Source of the DNA: Eledone cirrhosa
Lineage: Eukaryota
Assembly (NCBI GenBank): GCA_964016885.1
Contig: OZ024745.1
Span: forward strand, 95,170,001 to 95,234,000
Length of the DNA: 64,000 nt
Reading direction: 5' to 3'
Part shown: positions 43,142 through 57,030 of the stretch, in pieces
Layout of the letters: each line of letters begins with the position of its first letter
Numbering within the stretch: position 1 is the stretch's first letter
Position numbers and translations under genes: made by a program
The notes under the pieces: generated by a model
The model's input: the letters and a program-made list of their open reading frames with translations, nothing else
Told to the model about the DNA's origin: nothing
Databases searched by the model: none

Positions 43142-43615
43142 TGGAAGATGATTCTATTAGTAGAGATGGGGGAGGGAGTTGTGTGTGTGTGTATATGGGT
43201 GTTATGTGTGTGTGTGCGAGTATGTTAAGATGGAGAGAATATATATTTTGTATGTGTGTATATATATATGTGTGTAGGAAAGTGGTTCTATTAGTAGAAA
43301 TGGGGAGGGAGTTGTAGGTGTGGGGGTTGTTATGTGTGTGTATGGGTGTTATGTGTGTGGGAGTATGGTTAGCATGTTAAGATGAAGAGAATATATATAT
43401 ATATTGTGTGTGTGTGTATGTGTGTCTGTAGGAAAGTGATTCCTTTAGTAGGAATATTTTTGAATGAACATATTTTCCTTACTTATTCGTGTTTGCTGTT
43501 GTATTGTCAGTGCAAACGTATGTTAAGGTTTATTTAGTTCGGGTTTTTATTTTCTAAAGTAGAAGGTGTTATGTGTGTGTGTGTATGTCATATTATGGTG
43601 TTGACATAATGTATA

Positions 43616-45922
43616 TTAAACCTTATTTAATGTTGGTCTATATTTTTGAATAAACATATTTTCCGTATTTATTCGCATTTGTTCTGTTGTATTGTTAGCG
43701 CAAAGGTAAAATGGGAAGACTTGGAATTTGGGTGTCTTATTACTTGCGCAAATGTCTAGATGTGCACTTAGTGGTATCTGTCTCGTGGTTGGATCTCGTA
43801 ATTGTTGGCGATGAACTGTCATTCTGTTTCTGAGTGTGAGTTTAGTTTGTCCTATATAATCTTCATTGCATCCTTTACATTTAATGGCATAAATTAGATT
43901 GTTTGATGAGCAAGTGAAGTGATTTTTTACAGTAAAATTTTGTCCTGATTTAAATGTATACGTGTTGCCTTCAATGGGGTGAGTGCAGGTTCCACAATTA
44001 GAGCGACCACATTTTTTGATACTTGGTTGTGGGTTTGTGGTAGGTAATTTGGCATTGGTGAGTAATGTTTTCAGTGATTTTGGTTGTCTTTTGCTTTTGA
44101 TTATTTTGTGTGTTTCAAGGGCTTTTTTCATCCTTGGGTTTTGTTTTAGTAGTGGGATGTTATTGTGAATAGTGTTGTAAGCTTCCACATTTCTTGGGTT
44201 GTGTGTTGAGATATATGATAGAATATTGGACGTACCTTGAATTTGTTTCTGTTTCCGTAATTCATCAATGCCTATTGCTTTAGCCCTTTCTATTCCATTA
44301 TTTATTAGTAATAGTGGGTACTCTCTCTCGAGTAGAATTTCCTTTAATTCTTGAAGTCTTTTATTTCGCGTTTCATAATTGGAGACAATTGTGCAAATTC
44401 TTCTTGCTAGGTTAAAAGGAATGTTCGTCTTCGTGTGCTTTGGATGGTTGGAGGTGAATAGCAGATATTGTTTGGAATCTGTTGGTTTGTAGTGTATGTC
44501 AGTTTCGATATTTGTGTCTTTTTTTAAGATTAAGATGTCCAGAAATGGGAGTTGATCTTGGCTGTATTCCATTGTGAATTGGATGTGGTTATTGATGCCG
44601 TTTATTAAGTTTTTGAAATCCTTCAGTTGGTCGAGTGTGTGGGACCAAAGAATGAGGCAATCATCCAAGTAGCGTTTCCAATTCTCTGATAAATATTTGT
44701 GGAAGTTCAATCCGTATTTTGATTTGGACTGTTCATATATCTGGACTTCTAAGTATGCCATGACTAAGTTGGCATTAGTTGGAGCGGCTTTTGTACCCAT
44801 CGCAGTCCCCGATATTTGCTTGTAAGTATTGCCATCGAAATCAAAAAAGTTGTTCTGTAGGATGAATTTTAATCCCTCGGTGATGAAGCTTTTTTCTATT
44901 CTGTCAGGTATCTCATTGGGATATTTCTCTAGCCAGAATCCTATTGCTTCTAGTCCGTATTGGTGTGGGAACGTTGTGTAGAGATTCACTACATCGAAAG
45001 ACACAATAATAGTGTCGTTGTTGACATGTTTGGGGAGGTGGTTTAAGAGGTCCAGATCGTCTCTTACAAGGCTTGGTATGTGTTTCAGTATTGGTTTCAG
45101 TAGTATGTCTATAAAGTTGCTCAATCTGTGTGTTTCACATTGTGGGCTCGCTACAATTGGTCTTAATTTAAGGTCTGTGGGGTATTGTGTGTTTACGCAG
45201 GCTGAGGTGGATTGTTTCCAGGCATCGTTGATTATTTTACACTTGTTGATCTTCGGAAGTCCGTAAAGGTTTCTGGTTTTGTATTCAAAATTTGTTAAAT
45301 AATCGCGTTCCTTTTTATTTAGGTCTTCCTGGTATCGATAAATCAGTGTGTTTAATTTGGTCATTATTTTTGATTGCTGGTAGTTTTTTACTCTTTCATA
45401 GTAATTAGTATTTTGTAAGACAGAGAACATAGAATTTTTATATTTTTCAGCCTCCATAATGACAACAGTACTTCCCTTGTCCGCTTCCTTAATTATAATG
45501 TCCGTATTGTTTTTTAGTTCATGGATAATCTCCCATTCCCTTCGACTTGTGTTGGGTTTGGGTTTAGGTTGCGGTAGTTCATGGTATGGGAAGGTAGCTA
45601 TGTGGTCACAAAATTTGTCCAGAACTCTGTTTCTACATTTTGTTGGGTTGTAGCTGCTTTTATTCCGTACAATTGATTCGTCGTTATTCTCCTTGTCAAA
45701 GAATTCCTCTGTGAGCCGTAATTTTCTACAGAAGTGTAAGATATCGTCATTTATCTCGTTGGGGTTAGGGTATTGTGGTGTTGGTGTGAATTTCAGACCT
45801 TTGGAGAGAATTTTTAATTGTTGGGCTGAGAGGTTTGTATTTGAAATGTTAATTATTTTCGGTTTTTCAAAATCGGTTTGTGCCACCGGGTGTCGTGAGT
45901 CCTGTAGCCTTGGTCTAAAAAA
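43616..45922 (-). CDS. Neptune-like PLE reverse transcriptase + Cys-rich linker + GIY-YIG endonuclease
   Basis: LSKGLKFTPTP, ADKG, YGLPKI, RPIV, FDVVNLYT, QISGTAMG, RYLDD, LPFLD, SNHP, CGRSNCGTC, NLIYAIKCKGC..YIGQT, E..FI...P.LN. 756 aa open from a GTG, with no ATG near the N-terminus. Confidence 0.92.
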   Translation of the reverse strand, partial: FFRPRLQDSRHPVAQTDFEKPKIINISNTNLSAQQLKILSKGLKFTPTPQYPNPNEINDDILHFCRKLRLTEEFFDKENNDESIVRNKSSYNPTKCRNRVLDKFCDHIATFPYHELPQPKPKPNTSRREWEIIHELKNNTDIIIKEADKGSTVVIMEAEKYKNSMFSVLQNTNYYERVKNYQQSKIMTKLNTLIYRYQEDLNKKERDYLTNFEYKTRNLYGLPKINKCKIINDAWKQSTSACVNTQYPTDLKLRPIVASPQCETHRLSNFIDILLKPILKHIPSLVRDDLDLLNHLPKHVNNDTIIVSFDVVNLYTTFPHQYGLEAIGFWLEKYPNEIPDRIEKSFITEGLKFILQNNFFDFDGNTYKQISGTAMGTKAAPTNANLVMAYLEVQIYEQSKSKYGLNFHKYLSENWKRYLDDCLILWSHTLDQLKDFKNLINGINNHIQFTMEYSQDQLPFLDILILKKDTNIETDIHYKPTDSKQYLLFTSNHPKHTKTNIPFNLARRICTIVSNYETRNKRLQELKEILLEREYPLLLINNGIERAKAIGIDELRKQKQIQGTSNILSYISTHNPRNVEAYNTIHNNIPLLKQNPRMKKALETHKIIKSKRQPKSLKTLLTNAKLPTTNPQPSIKKCGRSNCGTCTHPIEGNTYTFKSGQNFTVKNHFTCSSNNLIYAIKCKGCNEDYIGQTKLTLRNRMTVHRQQLRDPTTRQIPLSAHLDICASNKTPKFQVFPFYLCANNTTEQMRINTENMFIQKYRPTLNKV

Positions 45923-46302
45923 TGATTTTTCTGGAATGTTTTTTCATTGGTATTATTATATCTAATGGTATTTCCCCTGTTGTTGTGTGGTCTTGTATAG
46001 AAGTTTCGGACGTATCGAGGTTCAGTTTGTTGATAGTCTGGGTTGTAGATTTGGTTCCTTTGTGTGGGTTGGGATCTACGGTTTTGGAACAGGCTCTGTG
46101 TGGGCAGGGGTCTACGGTTTTGGAATAGGTTTTGTGTGGGTTGTGATCTGCGGATCAGGTCCTGCCTTGTGTTCGGGGATATTTGGTTTTTGTTAGTAGG
46201 GTTATAGTTTTGTCTATGGTTTCTGGGATTATCGTTATAGTTTTGCTGGGGGTATGTTGGACGTTTTGTTACTTTTTTTGTTATTTGTTGTGCATGTGGT
46301 GT
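45853..46302 (-). CDS. Upstream Q/N/R/P-rich ORF of copy G (5'-truncated)
   Basis: About 150 stop-free codons in AT-rich DNA, with three RRS/PxPTQ repeats. Overlaps the start of the RT frame. Confidence 0.6.
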   Translation of the reverse strand, partial: TPHAQQITKKVTKRPTYPQQNYNDNPRNHRQNYNPTNKNQISPNTRQDLIRRSQPTQNLFQNRRPLPTQSLFQNRRSQPTQRNQIYNPDYQQTEPRYVRNFYTRPHNNRGNTIRYNNTNEKTFQKNHFLDQGYRTHDTRWHKPILKNRK

Positions 46303-46637
46303 GTATATATATATATATATATATATTGTTATATTTGGGAAAGGTCGTGCTACCAGTATTGCCAATAAAAAAAACACACACACCATATGATTTTCACTTA
46401 ATCTTTATTACTAATTATTTGTTAGTTCGTAAAATTTCTTTCATCATACATTGTGTGACCTCTTGAATGACTATTTGTTCTCTTTAGAGCTTTCTCTTCT
46501 CTCTAATTTTAATCTGGAACTCCATCTTGTCATGTTGCCAATATTGGCACATGACCACCCCCAAATATAACAATATCGGTTTCAACACAGGATTCCATAT
46601 CAAGAATCTTGCAAAACAAATACATAAACGCACACAC

Positions 46638-47728
<1,091 letters not shown>

Positions 47729-47927
47729 TTGTGATGTATGTATGTATGTATGTAGTATGTATGTATCTATGTGGGCCTTTACCCACATTAAAACCTTCAA
47801 AGCACATGCACTGCTTGTTCAGGTTATGTTACAGGTTCGTGTGGCTGGCCATAGCCTAAAAGTGCACCATTTTCTGTAATCTGATAAGCGATTGCAATAC
47901 TCTTAGCATAGTTTGCAGCTATCATAC

Positions 47928-48198
<271 letters not shown>

Positions 48199-48227
48199 AG
48201 CCGGGTCTTGAAGTCACATGCGGTTAA

Positions 48228-49333
48228 TCCGGGGGGGGGGGGGGGGGTAGACAAGGGCTATAACACCCCACTTGCCGACTTTGTAATGGGTAACCCCTGC
48301 TTGCAAAGGTAGACGTAAGACCTTCTTTTATATCTTTTTATCGCAGACATACCTTCCGAAACCCGGCCCGGCGTCACACCATTACACTTTCGGGCCACAT
48401 ATGGGACCTCAAGGATAACAATAATACCTATGATCTCACTTGGAGCTTACTGTCCAGAGCCAACTCTTACACGGGAGGACGCCGTCCGTGCAATTTATGC
48501 TCGGAGGAAACTTTACAAATGCTGTTTTCGACGGACCAACTCCTAAACAAGAAAGATGAACTGGTAACTGCATGTAAACACAGATTGCGTAGGACTTACC
48601 TCGCCCTCAAACCCCATAATGACCCGGGGGGCTAGACAAGGGCTATAACACCCCACTTGCCGACTTTGTAATGGGTAACCCCTGCTTGCAAAGGTAGACG
48701 TAAGACCTTCTTTTATATCTTTTTATTATTCTTTCGTGGTAGTTTCTTTAGTATTTTGGCCCCCCACTTGTTGACCCGTCACCGTAAGATATACTCGGTT
48801 GATTACTAATACCTCTTAAAAGGATCTCATTATAATTCCGTCCCACCTAGTAAACCTTTCTTTAGTCTAGCAGTACCAGTGAGAGACTTGATAGCTGTCC
48901 TTAGGTTATAGTTACAAGAAATTGTTTTTTTTTACATTTAATTGTTTTTTAACATTCTCGGTATTTTTCTATATATTTCCCCCTTATTGTTTTACTTATT
49001 GTTTCGACCTCCTCCTCCCCCTCCCTAGTATACTTCCTTGACCTCCTGCCCAGCTGTAGTTAACACTATCAATGCACGACTGGGTTTCCTCCATCCCCTC
49101 TCCCTCTTTCTTCTACTGGCAGGTTCAGCTACCCCTTCCCTCCACAAATTGCCATGATAGAATTATGTGTCTCAACAACAAACTTTTGACCAATCCTTGT
49201 GACAATCACTTTTACCATATATGGAATTACCCCTGAGAAGCTCGGCTATTCATATACCAGGATAAAAATGTTCATTTAGTCCAGAATTAGCCATCGAAAC
49301 GGCTTGAGCACAGCCGTCGGGGTCCTACTTGTT

Positions 49334-49337
<4 letters not shown>
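48228..49337 (+). mobile_element. 3' fragment of the copy J family (decayed EN C-terminus + pLTR)
   Basis: 48345-48725 matches ~61308-61692. 48245-48340 duplicates 48630-48725. 49075-49337 matches 62540-62813. Confidence 0.85.
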
Positions 49338-49402
<65 letters not shown>

Positions 49403-49408
<6 letters not shown>

Positions 49409-50089
49409 GTGAGGTTTTTTTTACAAAATGAAAAATAACCGAGGTGTCCTACACGAGTGGAAGTATAAACAAAAAGAGATGAAATCGAAAATGTAACTGA
49501 AGTCTTATTTTTTTTTAAAATATATATATTTATTTGGTTCCTTTACCGGTTTCGCAGTTCTTCTGCTTTTCAAAAGGTGAGTTGAGATGGAGGGTCTGTG
49601 GTTTTTCTCACATCTGGTTGGTCTCTAAATGTTACTTGTTTTATATGGAAAAAGTGGCTCGAAAGCCAGGTTTTTCGAGAAGTAATTTGATTGGTTTGTC
49701 AATAATTATAATAAATTTCGCGCCAGTTCGCGTTACAATAGTTCTTCAAATAAGAGAGGGGGGGTTGTCACAGGTTGTTTTTTCATATATGAGTGTTTGA
49801 ATTTCTTTTTACTTTGAAAAAAGAGGCTCACGAAGGCTTTTTTTTTTCGTTGGTTATAAATGAAATTTGGCTGTCACGTGAACAAGTTTTCATTACATTT
49901 TTGTGCCCTTATTTGGAAAACAATTCTGTAGTCTTTATAGTGAATGTTATGACAATGGAGAGATAGTGGTCAAGGGAAAAGGGATTGGGAGAAATGTTCT
50001 GGTTCAGTGAATATGGCCAGCTGTCAGAGTTCAGGTGTCAGAGTTCAGATTTTCTATTGAGACTGAAGATATGTGTTTATTTGTGTGCT

Positions 50090-50139
<50 letters not shown>

Positions 50140-50690
50140 TGTGTGTGTGTGTATTGGAAGATGATTGTATTAGTAGAGATGGGGGAGGGAGTTGTGTGTG
50201 TGTGTATATGGGTGTTATGTGTGTGTGTGCGAGTATGTTAAGATGGAGAGAATATATATTTTGTGTGTGTGTATATATATATGTGTGTAGGAAAGTGGTT
50301 CTATTAGTAGAAATGGGGAGGGAGGTGTAGGTGTGGGGGTTGTTATGTGTGTGTATGGGTGTTATGTGTGTGGGAGTATGGTTAGCATGTTAAGATGAAG
50401 AGAATATATATATATATATATTGTGTGTGTGTGTATATGTGTGTGTAGGAAAGTGATTCCTTTAGTAGGAAGATGATTCTATTAGTAGAGATGGGGGAGG
50501 GAGTTGTGTGTGTATATGGGTGTTATGTGTGTGTGTGCGAGTATGTTAAGATGGAGAGAATATATATTTTGTGTGTGTGTATATATATATGTGTGTAGGA
50601 AAGTGGTTCTATTAGTAGAAATGGGGAGGGAGTGTAGGTGTGGGGGTTGTTATGTGTGTGTATGGGTGTTATGTGTGTGGGAGTATGGTT
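49403..50690 (-). mobile_element. 3' UTR/pLTR fragment of the copy G family
   Basis: Aligns to 42480-43455, with an internal duplication. Confidence 0.85.
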
Positions 50691-51126
50691 ATATATTGTG
50701 CTGTACTGTTCACGCCATTTTTCAAAAAAGGCGTGAACAATACAACACAATAGAAGGGAACATGATAATAGTATCACTGATGATGTTGCAGATGTGTAAC
50801 GAAAGATCTTTGTTAGACTATATATATATATATTTATATCTGTATTTTTAACCGATGGTCAGTCAATGATAAACATTGACTACCAAATAAATTAACTATG
50901 GAGATATAAAATATGCAGAAGCGAAAACAAGCCAAACAGTGAGTGTGTTCTGTTATTATTTCTGGCAATATTATTTCACTAATATAACAATATGAACCTC
51001 CCCAAGTATAACAATATTTATTTCAACACACGATTTCATATAAAAATATTTATATATATATATATAAAATATATATATATATATTTATATATATATATAT
51101 TTATATATATATATATATATACATAA

Positions 51127-51218
<92 letters not shown>

Positions 51219-51234
51219 GTATATGTGCTGTATG

Positions 51235-51267
<33 letters not shown>

Positions 51268-51605
51268 ATGGAAGACGTATGCATGATTGCGTGCATGGGT
51301 CTTTAAAGTATAATCAACATACTAGTATAAAGATCATCATCATATAAAGGTCATGACGTGACAGGAAGAACAAAAGCTGTTAATGGATAAAATAAAGAGC
51401 GATGTGAAAGGCTGAACTACACAGGAGATAATAATAGTGGAACACTTGCAATAAAAGGGTAACGTCACAAACAGATATTCTGTTGGCGTCACCCCCTCTT
51501 AATACAACAAATAAGCAGGATACGTTATATGTAACAAGATCTCGTCTTTATGATCTGTGACAAGTGAAAGACGAAAATATCAAAGAACATAGTTTATATT
51601 ATTAT

Positions 51606-51703
51606 AGGTTGACTTTGCCTTTCATCCTTACGGGGTCGATAAAATAAAGTACCAGTAATGCACTGAGTAATTGCTGGCCTTGTGCCTAAAGTAGAAACAA
51701 TTA
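51606..51703 (+). mobile_element. 5'-truncated SINE fragment
   Basis: Reverse complement of 235-330. Confidence 0.75.
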
Positions 51704-51768
51704 TTATATCTGTATATGTATATGCGTGTGTCTGTTTATACAAGCTCAATTACACGTACACACACGCA

Positions 51769-51849
<81 letters not shown>

Positions 51850-52041
51850 TCTCCCCCCCCCCCCCCCACACACATATATATATAATATATATGATAAATA
51901 TAAGTGTGTGTTTTCCTCATTCAATCGGGGGTAACCACAGTAAGTAAGGTACTCAATACATAGTAAAGTATATACAAATCATCCTGATGATTTCCTTCGA
52001 ATGAAACAGTTCTAGTCCTGTAGAAGCCATTTCTATATTAG

Positions 52042-52143
<102 letters not shown>

Positions 52144-52153
52144 TAAGTTAAAA

Positions 52154-52204
<51 letters not shown>

Positions 52205-52247
52205 TAAGTTAAAAACGAAACGAAATTTAATTTCGTTTCGTTATTTG

Positions 52248-52311
<64 letters not shown>

Positions 52312-52369
52312 GTATTTGAAATCAAGTATTATAAGTATTTGAAATCAAGGAGTGTATATGTGGTCATCC

Positions 52370-52406
<37 letters not shown>

Positions 52407-52435
52407 ATATATATATATATGTATATATATATTTT

Positions 52436-52477
<42 letters not shown>

Positions 52478-52844
52478 AAGGATGACCACATAAACACTCC
52501 TTGATTTCAAATACTTATAATATGAAAACTTAAATGAATATTCTTACGATATTAGTGTCTACATTTGTATAAACTAAGTGTCATATGGTATTGTTTGATA
52601 TCATAGACACTCGATGTGTGCCCCGTTTGTTGCTCTGTAAATGTCAATGCAATAATCAAGCTCGTTTATATATCATAAGTATTTGAAATCAAGCAGTGTT
52701 TTTGTGGTCACCCTGTATATATATATATATATACATATAACTTTGTGTCTACGCTGGGATTTTTACATAACCTTACATATTGAGTACGCTGAGATGCAAC
52801 CGGTACTAGCAGGGTAACCTTATGCTAGTCTCGTCAACTTATTA

Positions 52845-53588
52845 TCTATACATATATATATAAAACTGAAATTATCTGTGTGTGTGTCCTAATTTTGGCA
52901 AAGTCTATACAAATCCACATTTCTACTTTGCATTTATATATTCCGTGCGGTCTAAAGATATTAACTGCCGCTTTTATTCTTCAATTTTCTGTTGTTAAAG
53001 GAGTTTTTTTCACTAAAACTTTAAGCCCTTTTTGTCAGTTCAGTTCGGAAATTTTGTCTACAATCTTCAAAGGAGACAACTCTTTAGTATTTTGAAAGAG
53101 TTACCTCTCTTTATAGACTATATTATCCCTACTTAAACGTACATCTCTTGAAATTGTTGATGGTGACCCCAATAGTAGCTTCTAAGCGTTCGGCATCCGA
53201 TATAACAGTTCGGTCTATATCAGATTGGATAGATTTTTGTAACCTTAAAAGTATCTAACTAAATTCCTTCATGCTCTCCACCACTGCAGTTCCACGTGCT
53301 TACTGATACTTTCATTGTACCATAGCACAACAAATACATTTTCGGTTTGTCGATTTTCTTTTTACTTAACCCTATCGTCTTGGCTTTCGTGGGTTGAAAA
53401 TTTTAATCTCAGGCATCCAATTAAGTTAAACCGCTGGTAATCTACGACGAATTCTTTTTATAAGCACAAAATGTAGACACCATCTCCAGGCCGAGTTATT
53501 CCATACTTCTCTGTACTGTTTCAGAAAGGAGGGATAAACATGCCAATCTATGTTTTGAAGCCCGAGCGACGTCGGGCCATTCTGGTAG
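52845..53588 (+). mobile_element. Non-autonomous Helitron
   Basis: 5' TC..TATAAAACTG start shared with the other copies. 3' hairpin GCCCGAGCGACGTCGGGC then GTAG|T. Confidence 0.65.
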
Positions 53589-53649
<61 letters not shown>

Positions 53650-53925
53650 TTCAAGAGTAACCAATCTTAAAGAGAGAGATGGAGATAGGAGAGATTGGTG
53701 AATTAGTTAGAAGCCAAAGCGTAAAGGCATGTGCTCAATGTGCAATATGCAGTAGAAAGCAGCTAGGTGGCTGGGTTCATGCAGATGTTAGGTGCGCAGA
53801 GCTGGAAATATTCATTAGTTAAGCAAAACAAGACCGCAAATTTCACAAGGAAGACATTATTAAACGATTGTCAACATATTTTAGTTTGATGTAAGGAATG
53901 TAGAGAATAATAATAATAATATTAA

Positions 53926-54023
53926 TAATAATTGTTTCTACTTTAGGCACAAGGCCAGCAATTACCCAGTGCATTACTGGTACTTTATTTTATCGACCCC
54001 GTAAGGATGAAAGGCAAAGTCAA
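53926..54023 (-). mobile_element. SINE fragment inserted into the 3' pLTR of copy K
   Basis: Absent from the sister pLTR copies at ~57375 and ~57840. Flanked by ATTAATAATAAT repeats. Confidence 0.8.
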
Positions 54024-54540
54024 TTAATAATAATAATGTCCGTTTACAATTGTTTCGCTACTCCATATAATATTTCTGGATCATATGACTATATATCATA
54101 ATTGATCTGGTTCAGTTGAAAATAATTAACATATTTAAAAAAACAGAGCGGCTCATCGGAACTTCAAAGGAATATAAATTAAAATAATGAGAGAATGTTA
54201 CATAATATAATGTTCCATATATTGGTTTTTCACTACGGTGTCTTAGTTGCATCAGTTGTCAGCCATAATCAAGCAGTATTCATCTGTCGAGGCTGCATTG
54301 TGTGAGATCTGCCTATGGGTAACAAGATGGCTGCCAAAGGACATATTTACCTTACTAATTAGAGTGTGGTTTCAGGGGAAGTAACTCGTCGAGAGATTAG
54401 AAATTGTGGGTAGTTTATAGTTAAGTGCTAATTTTTAAATTTTTTAATTGAGAGACAATGTAGGGGAGGTAACTTATAATTATCTAAGTTAGTCATAGCT
54501 ATTTAACTTATTAGCTACAAGTAATAATGGGGCTAGATGA

Positions 54541-57030
54541 CTAAGTTGGGTCAAATATTCTATTGGCTAAGGAATTAGCCCTTCGATGTTGACAGCTAAT
54601 AATTACCTCCGTTCTATCGTTAATCGGTAGAGGTCGTGATAGAATTATGTAATATGCTTCTGTAATACAGAGATCACAAGATTTTCTTCGTCCATTGAAC
54701 GGTTGGGCCCTAGCGACGATATCCCATTTTAGTGAGTGTTGAACGTTGCTTAATTTAAGGTTTTTAATGAGCCTAGCTAGCGATGTCGGATATCTGTTGC
54801 TAGGGTCTCGGAAGGAAAAAAGAGTGCGCGCTATAGCGTATCTTAAAAGGGTTAGAGGTAGACCCGATATGAGAGCTGGTATTCGAAGCAGTTTTAACCG
54901 TGCACCTATAGACTATGTTGGGTGTCAGGCAGTGTCCATTTAATGGGCATGCATTAGGGTAACAGCAGTTGCAGTTGCTTCTGGGGTTAGTGAGAGTAGG
55001 GTAGTTTAACCTGAGCGGTAGGTCAGTGCTAGAAGGATTAGATGGGGGAGGTGTGCTACTAGAGTAATTATTGGTATAGTGGCGTGGTGTATTTGATAGG
55101 GGTGGTGGTACCGCGGTGTGGGAGTTATACTGTCTTAGTTTATGATGGTTACTGAATGCGATGTGGCTAGCTAGGTTAGGTGTTGTGGAGAATGAGATTT
55201 TAATGTTATTTTTATTAAAGAGTTTGTAATATCTATGGTTGGGGGGGGGTTAGATAGGATAGAGAAGAAGCGTTTAGGGATATTAGTGGCTAGATTAGAT
55301 GAGAATGGGGGGTTAAGTCAGGTGATATTTCTAGGTCTATTCCTTCTAGGGGTTCTAGTGGAGTTGGTAGGGGCCTTCCTAGGGTTATTATTACCTGGGG
55401 ATTTGTTATTTGTCATCCCATTTCTCATTCCTATTCTAGGGTTGATTTTTAGTTTGCTACTTGGAGTGGGGAGCAGGCCGCTTCCACCATTAAACTGCCC
55501 TGTATAGGTGCTGTTACTGCTAAAATTCCGGCGAATCTGGCTATATGCTAAGGTATTTCTAGTTCTAGTGTTAAGTTTATTATGGTGAATTGCTGTGTTA
55601 TGGCATTTAGGTATGTAATAAATTGATTGTTCATAACCAGATTCAGAAAGAGCCTTATTATAATATTGTGCATGGTTTATAAATATCTCCTCATTTGCGG
55701 ATAGCATTGAGATCCTATACAAGATAGATTTGATTACTGCTCTGATGACTGCCGGTGGGTGGTTAGAGTGTGGGCTAATATATGTGAGTATTTCACCTGG
55801 TTTATGGTAAGGGTAATATAGGTTATTGTTGAGATCCAGGGTGACGTCTAGGAAGTTTACTACTTTATGGTTCGGCTCGATGGTGATAGAGAGTCCGTTA
55901 TTTTTAAAGAATCTATGTAATTGTTTTTTTAGCAAATCAATGCCCCGATTAATGCAATTGTGGACTGCAAATAGGGCGTCGTCCCTGTATATTCTGCCTT
56001 GCAAGGGTTGGATTTCGGCTCTGATGTTATGTAATAGGTAAATTCCAACTAAGTCGCTGATTTGCGCAAAGTCACTTGAGCCCATCCTGATGTCAAAGTT
56101 GTCTTTCTATCTTTTCTAGTCCAGAGTGTTCCGTTGAATTCAATGATAGTCTGCCTAGCCATAAGTATGATGTTAATCTCATTATTGGTTATGTCCGAGT
56201 TGGTGCTGGCTAGGGTTAATGCTTTGTTGAGCAGTTCCGGGGTTATTGACGCGTAATAGCAGTCGATGTCAAATTGGATGAACCTCATAGATTGCTTGGA
56301 CCTTAGATCGGAGAACCATCTAATAACTTGGCCGGTGTTGGACCACAACTTGTAGGTGATATCATCCCGTAGCCCAGGGATTATCCTATCAAGGATGTTC
56401 TTACTGATACGGCCTAGGTCGGATGTGGTTGGGCTTATAAGTCTAATAGATGGGTTCTCTATAAAGTTTGGCTTATGATCCTTGAGAGAGAACCTTGGGG
56501 TTGTTGGTACATAAGAGTGGGTAAATCTATCCAGATGCAAGTCCTTAACCAAAGTCTGGGCTTTTCGGTTAAGTACGTTTACACTGGAGGGTATAGTTTT
56601 TTTATAGTTTTTATTGAGTTCTTTAAGAAGGAAAGAGTTGTAAGTTTCAGGAGTCATGGTGTATAGATTTTTAGTTTTGTCAGACATAACATGTAAGAGG
56701 TGGCTATCTTTAAATTTGTTTATAGTTGTTGCTAATTTAGTGAGGAAATTATTCTTGTGTCTATAATGCTTTTTGAATTTAATGCTCCTGACGAAGTTGA
56801 ATAGATCTTTCTCAAAAGATGATGTATGGGGGGTTCTTGCAGGTGGTAAATCCATATCTATTTGCTGTACTTCCGGTGTCAGCAGCAACCGCACGGTCAA
56901 AGTGGAACGCTTTCCATCTTGTTCTTTGGATGACAGAGTTGACACTCTGTATTAGGATTTTGAGGTATGTCTTCCTGTCCGGGATAGGTATGGACTTAAG
57001 TGAGATTCTGAGTTCCTGCTTGCTCAACAT
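54541..57030 (-). pseudogene. Naiad-like RT + GIY-YIG polyprotein, disrupted
   Basis: SLKSIPIP, RWKAFHF, SDKTKNLY, KDHK, FIQFDIDCYYASI, MGSSDFAQI, IYRDD, VNFLDV, CNCC..CPLNGHC, HIGST, SCDLCITE, SCQHRR. Several frameshifts and a TGA at a Trp position. Confidence 0.9.

Larger units (their letters stand above)
42478..46302 (-). mobile_element. Neptune-like PLE, copy G
   Basis: Upstream ORF + RT-EN ORF + CA-rich 3' UTR with hammerhead. Bounded by (TA)n. A 3'-UTR-only sibling lies at 49403-50690. Confidence 0.9.
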
